The notes under the pieces are model-generated. The model did no database searches. It worked only from the letters and a program-made list of their open reading frames with translations, and was not told where the DNA came from. From assembly GCA_964016885.1 (NCBI GenBank), contig OZ024747.1, positions 26,474,001-26,538,000 on the forward strand: a DNA stretch of 64,000 nucleotides. The letters run 5' to 3'. A program made the position numbers and the translations under genes. Of this stretch, positions 51,201 through 64,000 are shown piece after piece. This DNA comes from Eledone cirrhosa (Eukaryota). Position 1 is the stretch's first letter; every line of letters begins with the position of its first letter.

Positions 51201-54033
51201 GTGTATATATAGTGTATATATAGTGCATATATAGTGTATATATAGTGCATATATAGTGTATATATAGTGTATATATAGTGTATATATAGTGCATATATAG
51301 TGTATATATAGTGCATATATAGTGCATATATAGTGCATATATAGTGTATATATATAGTGTATATATAGTGTATATATAGTGTATATATAATGCATATATA
51401 GTGTATATATAGTGTATATATAGTACATATATAGTGCATATATAGTGTATATATAGTGTATATATAATGCATATATAGTGTATATATAGTGTATATATAG
51501 TGTATATATAGTGTATATATAGTGCATATATAGTATATATATATAGTGCATATATAGTGCATATATAGTGCATATATAGTGTATATATAGTGCATATATA
51601 GTGTATATATAGTGTATATATATAGTGTATATATAGTGCATATATAGTGTATATATATAGTGTATATATAGTGTATATATAGTGTATATATAGTGCATAT
51701 ATAGTGTATATATAGTGTATATATAGTGTATATATAGTGCATATATAGTGTATATATAGTACATATATAGTGCATATATAGTGTATATATAGTGTATATA
51801 TATAGTGTATATATAGTGCATATATAGTGTATATATAGTGCATATATAGTGTATATATAGTGTATATATAGTGTATATATAGTGCATATATAGTGTATAT
51901 ATAGTGCATATATAGTGTATATATAGTGCATATATAGTGTATATATAGTGTATATATAGTGTATATATAGTGCATATATAGTGTATATATAGTGCATATA
52001 TAGTGCATATATAGTGCATATATAGTGTATATATATAGTGTATATATAGTGTATATATAGTGTATATATAATGCATATATAGTGTATATATAGTGTATAT
52101 ATAGTACATATATAGTGCATATATAGTGCATATATAGTGTATATATAGTGTATATATAGTGTATATATAGTACATATATAGTGTATATATAGTGCATATA
52201 TAGTGCATATATAGTGTATATATATTGTATATATAGTGTATATATAGTGTATATATATAGTACATATATAGTGTATATATAGTGTATATATAGTGTATAT
52301 ATAGTGTATATATAGTGCATATATAGTGTATATATAGTGTATATATAGTGTATATATAGTGTATATATAGTGCATATATAGTGTATATATAGTGCATATA
52401 TAGTGTATATATAGTGTATATATAGTGTATATATAGTGCATATATAGTGTATATATAGTGCATATATAGTGTATATATAGTGTATATATAGTGTATATAT
52501 AGTGCATATATAGTGTATATATAGTGCATATATAGTGTATATATAGTGTATATATGGTGTATATATAGTGTATATATAGTGCATATATAGTGTATATATA
52601 GTGTATATATAGTGTATATATAGTGCATATATAGTGTATATATAGTGTATATATAGTGTATATATAGTGTATATATAGTGCATATATAGTGCATATATAG
52701 TGTATATATATTGTATATATAGTGTATATATAGTGTATATATATAGTACATATATAGTGTATATATAGTGTATATATAGTGTATATATAGTGTATATATA
52801 GTGTATATATAGTGCATATATAGTGTATATATAGTGTATATATAGTGCATATATAGTGTATATATAGTGCATATATAGTGTATATATAGTGTATATATAG
52901 TGTATATATAGTGTATATATAGTGCATATATAGTGTATATATAGTGCATATATAGTGTATATATAGTGTATATATAGTGTATATATAGTGTATATATAGT
53001 GCATATATAGTGTATATATAGTGCATATATAGTGCATATATAGTGCATATATAGTGTATATATATAGTGTATATATAGTGTATATATAGTGTATATATAG
53101 TGTATATATAATGCATATATAGTGTATATATAGTGTATATATAGTACATATATAGTGCATATATAGTGCATATATAGTGTATATATAGTGTATATATAGT
53201 GTATATATAGTACATATATAGTGTATATATAGTGCATATATAGTGCATATATAGTGTATATATATTGTATATATAGTGTATATATAGTGTATATATATAG
53301 TACATATATAGTGTATATATAGTGTATATATAGTGTATATATAGTGTATATATAGTGCATATATAGTGTATATATAGTGCATATATAGTGCATATATAGT
53401 GTATATATATTGTATATATAGTGTATATATAGTGTATATATATAGTACATATATAGTGTATATATAGTGTATATATAGTGTATATATAGTGTATATATAG
53501 TGTATATATAGTGTATATATAGTGTATATATAGTGCATATATAGTGCATATATAGTGTATATATATAGTACATATATAGTGTATATATAGTGCATATATA
53601 TTGTATATATAGTGTATATATAGTGTATATATAGTGTATATATAGTGTATATATAGTGTATATATAGTGCATATATAGTGCATATATAGTGTATATATAG
53701 TGTATATATAGTGTATATATAGTGCATATATAGTGTATATATAGTGTATATATAGTGTATATATAGTGTATATATAGTGTATATATAGTGTATATATAGT
53801 GCATATATAGTGTATATATAGTGTATATATAGTGTATATATAGTGTATATATAGTGCATATATAGTGTATATATAGTGTATATATAGTGTATATATAGTG
53901 TATATATAGTGTATATATAGTGTATATATAGTGCATATATAGTGTATATATAGTGTATATATAGTGTATATATAGTGTATATATAGTGCATATATAGTGT
54001 ATATATAGTGTATATATAGTGTATATATAGTGT
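48257..54033. repeat. 11-bp satellite (TAGTGYATATA)n; main block 48893-54033 (~5.1 kb)
   Basis: Directly visible, with recurring variant units. It is interrupted at 48380-48892. Confidence 0.98.
48380..48892 (+). mobile_element. Probable solo LTR inserted in the satellite
   Basis: TGTA...TACA termini, ~513 bp long, a CCAAT box (agccaatcag) and AATAAA at ~48707. The satellite resumes on both sides. Confidence 0.6.
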
Positions 54034-54066
54034 AAGTACTGGGATCGATTAACCCCCCCCCTCTGC

Positions 54067-54132
<66 letters not shown>

Positions 54133-54136
<4 letters not shown>

Positions 54137-54328
54137 CAAAGAGGTGTGGTAAGATACCAGGTGAACCATAACGCACCAGAGTACTCGATACTTGGGGTAG
54201 TAGAGTGGGTAATATGAAAACATTTAGCACCCTGACGGGTGAGCTACGGCCGTTTGTACAGCTAGATCCGAACAGTTCGGATCTAGCTGTCGAGACGGCC
54301 AGAGCTCAGCCGTCGGAGTCCTGAATCT

Positions 54329-54335
<7 letters not shown>
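54133..54335 (-). mobile_element. Small palindromic element, copy C (diverged arms, 16-bp perfect inner stem)
   Basis: The tail aligns with 9027-9110. Inner hairpin acagctagatccgaac-a-gttcggatctagctgt. Flanked by (TA)n. Confidence 0.8.
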
Positions 54336-54392
<57 letters not shown>

Positions 54393-54488
54393 GTGGAACG
54401 CTGGATGGTAATATCTGTAGTGGTAGAGCACTCAGTCCATGGGACGAGTTAGGTAGAAGTGGTTACACAACAGTTAGTTCACCATACC

Positions 54489-54524
54489 GAGAACAATTGT
54501 TTCACCTTAGCGGATCCTCAGCTC
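54489..54524 (-). ncRNA. Minimal type I hammerhead ribozyme of an orphan PLE-type terminus
   Basis: Minus strand reads gag-CTGAGGA-tccgctaaggt-GAAAC-AATT-GTT-ctc, followed by a ~100-nt tail and (TA)n. Confidence 0.6.
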
Positions 54525-55458
54525 TATATATATATATTTATTTCAGTTTCTTTCTCTGAAAGAAATCGGCTGCGTTCAGAGTTGAAGTGAGATGGGCTTC
54601 ACCAGGTTTAAATGCCCAACGCACGCTGTATGTCACTACAACTTCCCAACAACTCCATCAGATGTTACAGGGTCGAAGCAAGACATGCATGTGCACAGTC
54701 TGGATAAGAGAGACGGTGTTTACAAGCTGTGTGGCTTGAGAAACACTACAAAGTAATTCAGTTATCATTAAACTGTCCACTTCGTCAGGGGATATTGTTT
54801 TGTTTTAAGTTTGACATAGACTGAGTGTTGAGAAGGCTTTGAGAGATGGTGTGGTGTGTGACAGAGAGAGGAGTGAATAACAGAGAGGGGCAAGTGTTTG
54901 AGGGAAGAGAGGGGGATAGAGAGAGAAAGTGGGAGAGAAATCAGGGTGGCAGAGAAGGGATAGGTAGATGAGAGAGGGGTGGTGGGAGAGAGATGAATGA
55001 AAGAGTTGTGGGGAAGAAAGATAGAGAAGAGGGAGAGAAATATACATAGTCGGTTGGAGGAATAAAATGTGAAAGAATAAAAAGATCGAAGAAAGAAAAA
55101 CGTAAGAAAGAAACAAACAAACATAAAAAAGAAAGAAAGGACAAGAGTGTGTAAAAGAGATAGATATGTTTCTTTATTAGCCTCAGGGGCACAAAAGAAG
55201 GGGACAAATACAAAGAGGGAAGTTTACATACAATAAAAACGTGTAATATATTATCACAAATGGAATTTAAAAAGTTAGTCGATTTTCCCCATAGGGGGAG
55301 ACAGTTTATATGGGTAACACATACCCCCGAAAAAATGTGCAACCCTCGTCTCCAGGAGTACGAAGAGTTTGTACTCCTTTCCTCTCCTCCTTTGCCTTAA
55401 CCTACAGGCTGATATAGAGAGAAGGCCCATTCACTCGGGCCATTCTCGCCACTTTCAC

Positions 55459-58400
55459 TCACCTTTCATAAAACTTGCTGGGGTACAGCACCTCTCTCTC
55501 CATCCTGATTCTTCTTCCAAAGTGGTATTTGAAAAAAAGAATCAGTTGTTGACCGGAGAGAAAGGTGTCTGACCTCAGCCCTTTCAACCTTGTCCACCAT
55601 ACAATCTCTTTCGCCATAGCTATCACACAAAGGAAAACCGCCTCTCCTTCGTTTTTGAAGGAGGGTGGCGGTTTGATCATGACAATGGACTCGGTGGTCA
55701 ACTGGATTGGTCCCACCCGCGACAATAGTCGTTCTACATAGCCCCACGGGTCAGTGAAGCCCGGGCAGTGTATGAATGCGTGCGCGACAGTTTCTTCGTC
55801 TCGCACGCATCTCGGACAGATCTTTTTTGCAGGGTCCCTGCCCGGGCGCCCATGTCTGTAGAGCTTGTCTCGAACTGGTAGAGCTCCTCGGTAGCACTGC
55901 CAGGCCAGGGACTTTTGGAAGTTGTCCATCGGTCCCGGGCGGAAGGTCCTACCGAACAGACTGGTCAGTTCATCTTCCTCTACGCCTAGAGTTTCACCGA
56001 GCGCGTCGTCGCACTTGCTGAGGATCAACCCTCTATAGAATGACGAAGTGGAGTCTCCACTGATCGCCGGGTCCGCCTGCCAGAGGGCTGTGAGCGCCTG
56101 AGCACATTCGATGTGCCAGTCGCCCATTTTCCTCGATCTTTGCTTGACCCAGGACTGCAGCTCGGTCAGCGAGACGAGTCGTGGGAAGGCTCGCCTCACG
56201 AACGGGGTCCACACCGGTTGTCCGGTGAGGAATACGTAGAGATGCCGAAGCTTGAGCACGTGTTTGCGCATCGTCAGCCACGGCATCCCCAGCCCTCCGT
56301 TGGAAGGGCGTTGGCAGCAGATGGATCTTCTCACCAAAGGAGCCCGCCTCTTCCAAAGGAATCGGAAGAGCGCGCGTTCCATTTTGGCGAGCGTTTTGGC
56401 TGGACAAGGCACGACGGTCAAGCGGTAGTAGATGGCGGACGCTATAAAAGTGTTCGCCACCTCCGCTCGACCTTTCAAGGATAGTTTGCACTCGGCCCAC
56501 TTCTGGGTGAGTGCAAACACCTTGGCCGTCACTTCGTTCCAGTTCTTCTCCACCTGGAGGTCCGGACCAAACCAGACCCCGAGCAGTTTTACCGGTCCTT
56601 CCGTCCAGCGTCCGACGACGCCATCGGAAGGCATCGGTTTGCCTCTCCACGATCCGAGTTGCAAACCGATGGACTTGTCCCGGTTCAGCTTCGCTCCTGT
56701 GAAACTTTCGTATTCCTTTAGTAAGGTGGCGACTTCCTCGATTTGCGAGGCGCTCGACACCATTACTGTCACGTCGTCGGCGTAGGCCGACGACGCTATC
56801 CGCAGTCCCGGTTCCAGAGGGATGCCCTGCAATAGCTCCAACTCCCGCAGTAGTGGCTCGAGAGTCAGTACGTACAGAAGGGAGGAGAGAGGGCATCCCT
56901 GTCGAATGGATCGCGTAATATGGAACGGCTCCGAGAGGTAGCCGTTCACCTTGACTCTAGAGCAGATGTTGCTGTTGTGCATTGCAGCAATCCAGCCCCT
57001 GAACACGGGTCCGAAGCCTGCCGCCTCGAGCACCGCATCCAGGTAACGATGGTCAACCCTATCGAAAGCCTTAGACTGATCCAAGTTGATCAGGGCCCCA
57101 CCGAAGCCGGGTTTACACCCTACCCTCTCTATGATGTATCGCATGAGGTGGAGGTTGTCGTGTATGGACCTGGTCGTCGGGATTGCGCATGTCTGCGCTT
57201 CTCCCACCAGGTTCTCGACGACAAGCGCCAGCCTCTTTGCCAACACCTTGGCCAAAATCTGTAACTCTGTGTTTAGCAGAGTTATGGGCCGGAAGTTGCC
57301 TATGTCATCCCCCTTATTCTCGTCCTTCCTGATTAGTGTGACCACGCCCCCGGTTACAGAACTGGGAATTCTCCCGTTCTGTTGCCAGTTGCAGTAGACC
57401 GCTTCCAGGAGACCGGAGAATAAGTCCGGCATTGCTACGTAAAATTCGTAGGGTAGACCGTCGAGACCTGGAGATTTGCGTTTGCCGCATTGGCTCAGCG
57501 CGTCCCCTATCTCAGTGGCTGAAATCGGCTTTTCGCAGAACTTTGCCTCGCTGTCCGAGAGTCGCGGTAGGCCGTCGAGGTATGGACCGAAATCCATAGC
57601 CTCTCCCGGCGCCCCCCCCCCCCCCCCGAACAGCTGAGCAAAGTGCCGCTGAAAAGCCGCACACATCTGCTTCGGCTCACGTATCACGCGTCCGTTTTGG
57701 TCCTTCAAAGACCGAATCGTGGACTTGTTGCCACTTTTTGCCTCCGTCACTCGGGCCCAGCTAACAGCTTTGGCTCCCTCGTTTCCCAGAGCACGTATTT
57801 TGCTTCTGACAACGCAGCCCTCGTGCTTTGCGTCGAAGAACTGGTCCAAGGCCGTTCTTGTTGCTAGCACGCTGGCTACGTTGCCACTTCTAATTGCCTC
57901 TTCTACTTTATCTACCAGTTCCTTCTCGGTTCTATTTCTATCTAACGCTAATTCTTTACTAAAAACTATCGAGTCTAATCTAACTGCCCTCTTGAGAGAG
58001 TACCACCATCTGTTGTTGACAATGGCCCCTGTCAAGTGCTGTTTAACTAAAGTGCTAATCCGTCTACTGTAGGCTTTGCTTGTCGGTAACGACAAGTTCA
58101 GCTTCCAGTAGCCGGGTCCTTGTCTATGGGTTCTATCAAGGTTGGCCATGCAGGTCACTAGTTTGTGATCTGAATAGGCAACCATGAACATTTGTGGACA
58201 GCTTAACATGTCCCTATCCTTATTTCTAACTAGAACCCTATCTAGGTACGATCTAGATGTTCCGCTACGATTACTCCACGTCCACAGTGGCGCAGTGGGA
58301 AAATCTAGTCGATATCTATCGGCCAGGTCAAATCGGTCGATTAACTGTTTGAGGCTGTTACACCCCCCTTTATCGGGACATGCTCCCACATAGTCCCAAC

Positions 58401-58843
58401 GTGCATCTAGGATTCCATTCCAGTCCCCCACTAAAAGCAAGGAGCGGGACGTTCCCAGAAAAGTCTCTAGACGTTTGAAGAAGTCTGGCCGCGGTGTCCC
58501 GGATGGGGCATATGCGGCCATCAGCCTGAAGGCTCCACCTTCACTACCATCAACGTCTAGGACCACCAGTCGACCCTCCGGGTCCAGATGTACCGTCTGT
58601 GTTACGAGGCCCAGGTGTTTCCGCAGCAAAACGGCAACTCCGCCCCCACCCCCCGGTTGACAGAGAGATGCGTAGATCTCAGTCATCGAAGATGGGGGCC
58701 AGCTGTCGCTCGCCGTGGATCCTGGACTCGCAAATGGCTACCACATCCATATTGTGCGACCTGAGGTCGTTTAAGAGTTTGCCCTGTTTCCAGGGCATCC
58801 CCAGGCCGCGTACGTTCACACATCCAACTCTTATGTTGGCCAT
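55459..58843 (-). CDS. Tx1-like ORF2 (APE + RT + CCHC), frameshift near 58685
   Basis: MANIRVGCVNVRGL, GDWN, SYLDR, SDH, GYWKLN, KSPGLDG, FRPITLLN, LDQSKAFD, RQGCPLS, AYADD, KLLGV and CPRC..ETVAHAFIHC. Confidence 0.9.
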
Positions 58844-58876
58844 GTTGGTGCTGAAAAGTTAAAAGAGGAAAAGAGA

Positions 58877-60382
58877 TCACTCACCCTTCGTCTCCTGGGG
58901 ACCAGGCCGCACGATTTCCATGGGGGTGTTGGAGGGGTTGTCTGGATGGGTGGTGGTTTCCGGCGGGGTGGGGACGGAGATGTTTTGTGGGGTGGGGTCT
59001 GGTGGGATGGGGGTGTCTGGGGTGGGGAGGCATTTGAGAAGGACGCGGTTGAGTGGTTTCACGCAGGAATTCCCCACATCCTTCTCAAACGTTTCTTTTA
59101 GGGACCTAGAAGTTTGTATAGGGACCCTAATCAGTTTTAGGTTCAGTTTTTTGCTATTTTTAATAGAGTGGGCGAAAATTTTCCCTTCGGTGAAAACCGA
59201 AGGGTCGTTCGTGATGGTCTCCATTAGTGTTTTGTTTTCAGTGTTTATGTAAGTGTAAGTGTAATTTTCTTGTGTTGTGTTTGTTTTTGTCTGTAGTTCT
59301 TGTGTGTGCTTTCGTTTTGTTGTAGGTATTTTGTTTTCAGGAGGTGGGGGTTTTGTTTGTGATGTTTTTGTTGTTTGTGGTAGTGTTTGCTGGTTTTTTG
59401 CTTTTGTGATGTCTTTTCTTTCTTTTCGAGCGATGGGGTGCTCCCTCGTCTTCACTGGGTGATGGCGAGATAGCCTCATCTGTTGTATCGTCTGTGTGAT
59501 TGGGGAGGGGTATGTCTTGGGGAGCTGTTGTGTCTGTATGTGATTTTGCAGTGGTTTTAGGTGGAGTGGGTTTGGGTGGGACTGTGTTTGTTGTGGTTAT
59601 TTTTGTGTGTTGGTGTTGTTGTTGTTGTTGTGGTGGTGTTGGTGGTTGTGTTGTTTTGATGGGTGTCGGCAGAAGAGCCTTTTTTTGGTTCATTAGTTTA
59701 GGACAGGAAGCCCTCAGGTGACCCCTACTAAAGCAATGGTAACATGAAGGCCGCCTACCCTCAACCGAAAGGTTTATGTAGGTGAGTCCGTCCAGGAGTA
59801 CACGCTGTGGGATCATAGCTATTCGCTCTGGGCTCATTTGCACCAGAACTTCAATGCTAGTCCCATTGAATACATCTCTGGGGGACTTTCCTACTGACAG
59901 TATTCTGTCTTCATCAAAATTGATGAAGCCGCACAGTATCCACCATATGTTCACCTTTGGTGTGACACTTGTGATTCTGATCTTTTGTGTCCTTTTTCCC
60001 ATGTATGTAGGGAAAAAGGTGTACAGGTTGGATACAATTGGCGACACAGAGTAATTTTGGGCCGTCAATTGACCCTTCATGAGTACCGAAATACTCCCAA
60101 AAAGTTTGCTTCTTTGAATGAATGCAATATCATTCATTGAATTTTTGAAAACCAGTTCAATTTCTTTCTGTGACAATTGGTTTTGCTGTTATTGGTTTTG
60201 CTGTTATTTTTGTTGTCATTGAACTGTTTGGTGTCATTTGTGTTGTTTGGATATGAATTCGTTTTTTTTTTTTCATTTTGTCTTTCCATCTCTATGGTAT
60301 CTAGTGAAAAAGACGTTGTTGACTGCGAGCTTTGTAGTCTTACCGCCTCTCCACCACCATTATCGTTGGTCGCAGCGTTCAT
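58877..60382 (-). pseudogene. Tx1-like ORF1 (gag-like, zinc knuckle), split by frameshifts
   Basis: CYHCFSRGHLRASC knuckle and a Pro/Thr/Gln-rich tail. Three overlapping ORF pieces lie upstream of ORF2. Confidence 0.8.
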
Positions 60383-60600
60383 AACGTAATCAAAATTTTA
60401 CAATATTTTTTCCAAGATTCGATGGAGAAAAAATTTTTTAAATGGATATTCCGCCCCTGAAGGGGCGAAAATGAGTTGACCCACCAGCTGAAGGTCCAGA
60501 CGGGTGGTCAAGTTACACAATGATATAAAATTTAACTGAAAACTCACGTTTTTTTCTTACATAAATTAACGGAAACTTCTCCGCGAAGTTACACACGTCT

Positions 60601-60607
60601 GATAGAG

Positions 60608-60675
<68 letters not shown>
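60601..60675. repeat. (GATA)n microsatellite between Tx1 copies
   Basis: Directly visible, with further tracts at 61054-61080 and 61240-61256. Confidence 0.95.
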
Positions 60676-61050
60676 TTCTTTATTAGCCACAAGGGCGCAA
60701 CAAGAAAGGGGACAATACAAAGACATGCCGGGGATTTTACATACAGTCGTGTAAAAAATATAAAAACAAACAATTTCAACAATCGAAATCCCCAATAGGG
60801 GGGAGGCGTCACAAATGGGTTGTTTAATACCCCGTCGATAGAACAACCCTCAACTCAAGGAGCGTGTTGTGCAAGTGCTCCTTTCTTCCTTTTGCTCTCT
60901 TCCTCAACCCACAGGCTTATAAACAGAGAAGGCCCAATCACTCGGGCCATTTTCGCTTCATTCACCCACCTTTCAGTAAATTTACTGGGGTGCAGTGCCT
61001 CTCTCTCCACCCTGATTCTCCTTCTAAAGTGATACTTAAAGAATGGAATC
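60676..61050 (-). mobile_element. 5'-truncated Tx1-like copy (ORF2 C-terminus + 3' UTR)
   Basis: FFKYHFRRRIRVEREALHPSKFTERW matches the ORF2 end of the full copy, and the 3' terminal motif is the same. Confidence 0.85.
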
Positions 61051-61080
61051 AATATAGATAGATAGATAGATAGATAGATA

Positions 61081-61240
61081 TGTTTCTTTCTTTGCCACAA
61101 GGGCGCACAAGAAATGGAACATTACTGGACGTGACGCCTGAGGTGGGTTACGTAAAATCGTGTAAACTTTAACATTAATAAATTAAAATAAACTATTTAT
61201 TAAAATAAAATAACAATCGAAATCTCCAATAGCGGGGGAA
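61081..61240 (-). mobile_element. Short Tx1-like 3' UTR fragment
   Basis: gccacaagggcgcacaagaaa and aacaatcgaaatc.ccaatag are shared with 60676-60800. Confidence 0.75.
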
Positions 61241-61267
61241 TAGATAGATAGATAGACAATAAATAGA

Positions 61268-63987
61268 TATATTTCTTTATTTACCATAAAGGTATAAAAA
61301 GAAGGGACAAATACAAAGGGGGAGTTTACATAAAACCGAGTAAAAAGGGTATAAAATGAAAATAATCAAAAACAACCTCAAAAGGGATGGGACGTGATGG
61401 GGGTTGCCCCCCCCCCCCACCCCCCCACCCGAAAAAGTGTGCAATCCTTTGCCCGGGGAGCACATGGAGAAGGTTGACCAGTGAGGAATACCTGTAGGTG
61501 CCGTAGCCTTAATGCGTGCCTACGCGTGCCTACGCATCATCAACCACGGCATCCCCAGCCCTCCTTTCGAAGGTTGTTGGCAGCATAATGGATCTTCTCA
61601 CCATAGGAGGGCGCTTCTTCCAAAGAAATTGAAAGAGCATGCGTTCCATGGTGGTGAGTGTTTCCTTAGGGCAAGGCACGACAGTCAGGCGGTAGTAGGT
61701 GACGGACGCTATGTAAATGTTCGCCACCTCCGCCCGACCTTTCAGGGACAGCTTACACTTGGCCCATTTCTGGGTCAGTGCAAACACCTTGTTCGTAACC
61801 TCGCCCCAGTTCTTTTCCACCTGGAGGTCCGGTCCAAACCAGACCCCAAGCAACTTCACCGGGCCCTCCGTCCGGTGTCCGACGACACAGTCGGGAGGCA
61901 TCGGTCTGCCTCTCCACGTTCCGAGTTGCAGCTCGATGGATTTTTCCCGGTCAGTTTCGCTCCTGACAACCTTTCGTATTCCTCCAGTAAGGTACCGATC
62001 GCCTCGATCTCCGAGTCGGTCGATACCATTACTGTTACGTCATCGGCGTAGGCCGACACCGCTTTGCTCAATCCTGGTTCCAGGGGGATACCCTGCAACA
62101 ACTCCAACTTCCTCAGTAAAGGCTTGAGAGTCAATACGTACAGAAGGGAGGAGAGAGGGCACCCCTGTCGAATGGATCGTGTGATTTTGAACGGCTTCGA
62201 AAGGTAGCCGTTCACCTTGATCCTAGAACAGATGTGGTTGCTATGTAAGGCAATGATCCAGCCTCTGAAAACAGGACCGAACCCAGCCGCCACTAGCACC
62301 GCATCCAGGTAACCATGGTCGACCCTATCGAAGGCCTTAGACTGATCCAAGTTGATCAGGGCCCCACCGAAGCCGGCTTTGTTGCCAACCCTCTTTATGA
62401 TGTATCGCATGAGGTGGAGGTTATCGTGAATGGACCTGGATGGGATAGCACATGTCTGCGCATCTCCCACCAGGCCACCCACGACAAGCGCCAACCTCTT
62501 TGCTAACACCTTGGCCAAAATCTTTAACTCTGTGTTTAGCAGGGTTATGGGCCGAAAATTATTTATACTATCTCCCTTGTTCTCGTCCTTCCTCACCTGC
62601 GTGACTACGCCCTTGGCTACAGAACAAGGAATTCTCCCGTTCTGCTGCCAATTGCAGTAGACTGCTTCGAGGAGTTCGGAGAAGAAGACCGGCATTGCTA
62701 AATAAAGTTCGTAAGGTATACCATCGAGACCTGGAGATTTGCGTCTGCTGCATTGGCTCAGCGCATCCCCGATCTCATCAGCCGAGATTGGTCCCTCGCA
62801 GGACTCTGCCTCTTCGCTTGAGAGACGCGGCAGGCCGTCGAGGTATGGACCGAAATCCACGTCCCCGCCCGGACCCTCGCCTCCCCGAACAATCGGGCAA
62901 AGTGCCTTTGAAAGGCCTCGCACATCTGCTTAGGCTCCCGGATCACCCGTCCATCCTCGTCTTGCAAAGACCAGATGGTGGATCGATTTCCACTCTTAGC
63001 TTCTGTCACGCGGGCCCAGCCAACGGCTTTGGCCCCCTCATTACCTAGAGCACGTATTTTACTTCGAATGACACAGCCTTCATGCTTTGCATCGAAAAAC
63101 TGGCTCACGGCCGTCCTCGATGCCAGCACTCTGGCCACATCTTCGCTCTTGATTGCCTCTTCTAATTTACCTGTTAATTCTTTCTCGTTCCTATTCCTAT
63201 CGGCAGCTAACATCTTGCTATAACTTATTGATTCTGTTCTAATCTCTCTTTTGAGAGATGCCCACCATCGGTTGTTGACGATTGCACCCGTCAACCTCTC
63301 CTTAACTAATCTGCTAATCCGGTCTCTGTAAGCCTCTTTTGCCGGTAAAGACAAATTAAGTTTCCAGTAACCGGGACCCTGTCTATGTGTTCTCTCGACG
63401 TTGACTACGCAGGTCACTAATTTGTGATCTGTATAGCCGGCCGTGAGCATTTCTGGACAGCTTAATATGTCCCTATCCTTACTTCTAACTAAGAATCTAT
63501 CTAAGTACGATCTAGATTGACCACTATGGTTCGTCCAAGTCCAGGTTGGCACAGTTGGAAAATCTAGTCGATATCTATTGACCAAGTTAAAACGGTCGAG
63601 TAACCCCTTGAGGCTGTTACACCCCCCTCTATTAGGACATGCTCCTGCATAGTCCCAACGTGCATCTAGGATGTCATTCCAGTCCCCTGCTAGAAGCAGG
63701 GAACGCGACGTTCCCAGAAAAGTCTCCAGACGCTGGAAGAAGTCGGGTCGTTCAGCTCCGAAAGGGGAATAGACGGCGACCAGTCTCAAGGCCGCAACGT
63801 CTAGCACCAACAAACGACCCTCCGGGTCCGAGTGAACAACCTGTACGGCGAGACCCAGGTGTTTTTCCAGCAGTACGACAACCCCACCCCCACCTCCAGG
63901 TTGACAGAGAGATGCGTGCACCTCAAAGTCATCGAAGGTAGGGGCCAGCTGCCGCACGACGCTGATCCGAGTCTCACAGATAACCAT
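61268..63987 (-). pseudogene. Diverged Tx1-like ORF2 copy, frameshifted, with the C-terminal region deleted
   Basis: ORF pieces 62758-63987, 61856-62923 and 61530-61901 align with 55459-58686. The sequence jumps to the 3' UTR near 61500. Confidence 0.9.
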
Positions 63988-64000
63988 TATATTTATACCA

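Larger units (their letters stand above)
55165..60600 (-). mobile_element. Full-length Tx1/L1-clade LINE (ORF1 + ORF2, frameshifted) next to (GATA)n
   Basis: Two-ORF layout. The 3' end reads aataaagaaacatatctatc and the 5' end abuts (TATC)n. Confidence 0.9.

Noticed and set aside
48839-54230. Very long ORFs (up to 1533 aa) rich in Y/I/H/T
   Set aside because: The minus strand of the 11-bp satellite lacks stop codons, so all three frames are open.
54775-54792. CTGACGA hammerhead start on the minus strand
   Set aside because: There is no suitably placed GAAA box or stem III.

Overview
This is AT-rich, microsatellite-dense eukaryotic DNA. The SINE and repeat make-up suggests an octopus or other cephalopod (inference). 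I found no supportable host gene; the window is almost entirely nested mobile DNA. It holds two Penelope-like elements (RT + GIY-YIG) with inverted or tandem pseudo-LTRs and hammerhead ribozyme motifs, and an intact 1130-aa R4/Dong-type RLE retrotransposon plus an apparently identical 5'-truncated tandem copy in (AAT)n. It also holds an intact 1181-aa RTE LINE whose 3' UTR appears to host that Dong pair, and four head-to-tail Tx1/L1-type copies separated by (GATA)n. Smaller items are several Helitrons, hAT MITEs with 8-bp TSDs, tRNA-derived SINEs, a Gypsy protease relic, a probable solo LTR and a 5-kb 11-bp satellite. The most unusual signals are (1) a three-copy family of ~150-200-bp (TA)n-embedded snap-back palindromes built from the 3' half of a hammerhead ribozyme, (2) a hammerhead with a very long structured stem II, and (3) different retroelement families each occupying a different microsatellite. 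All alignments and folds were done by eye.
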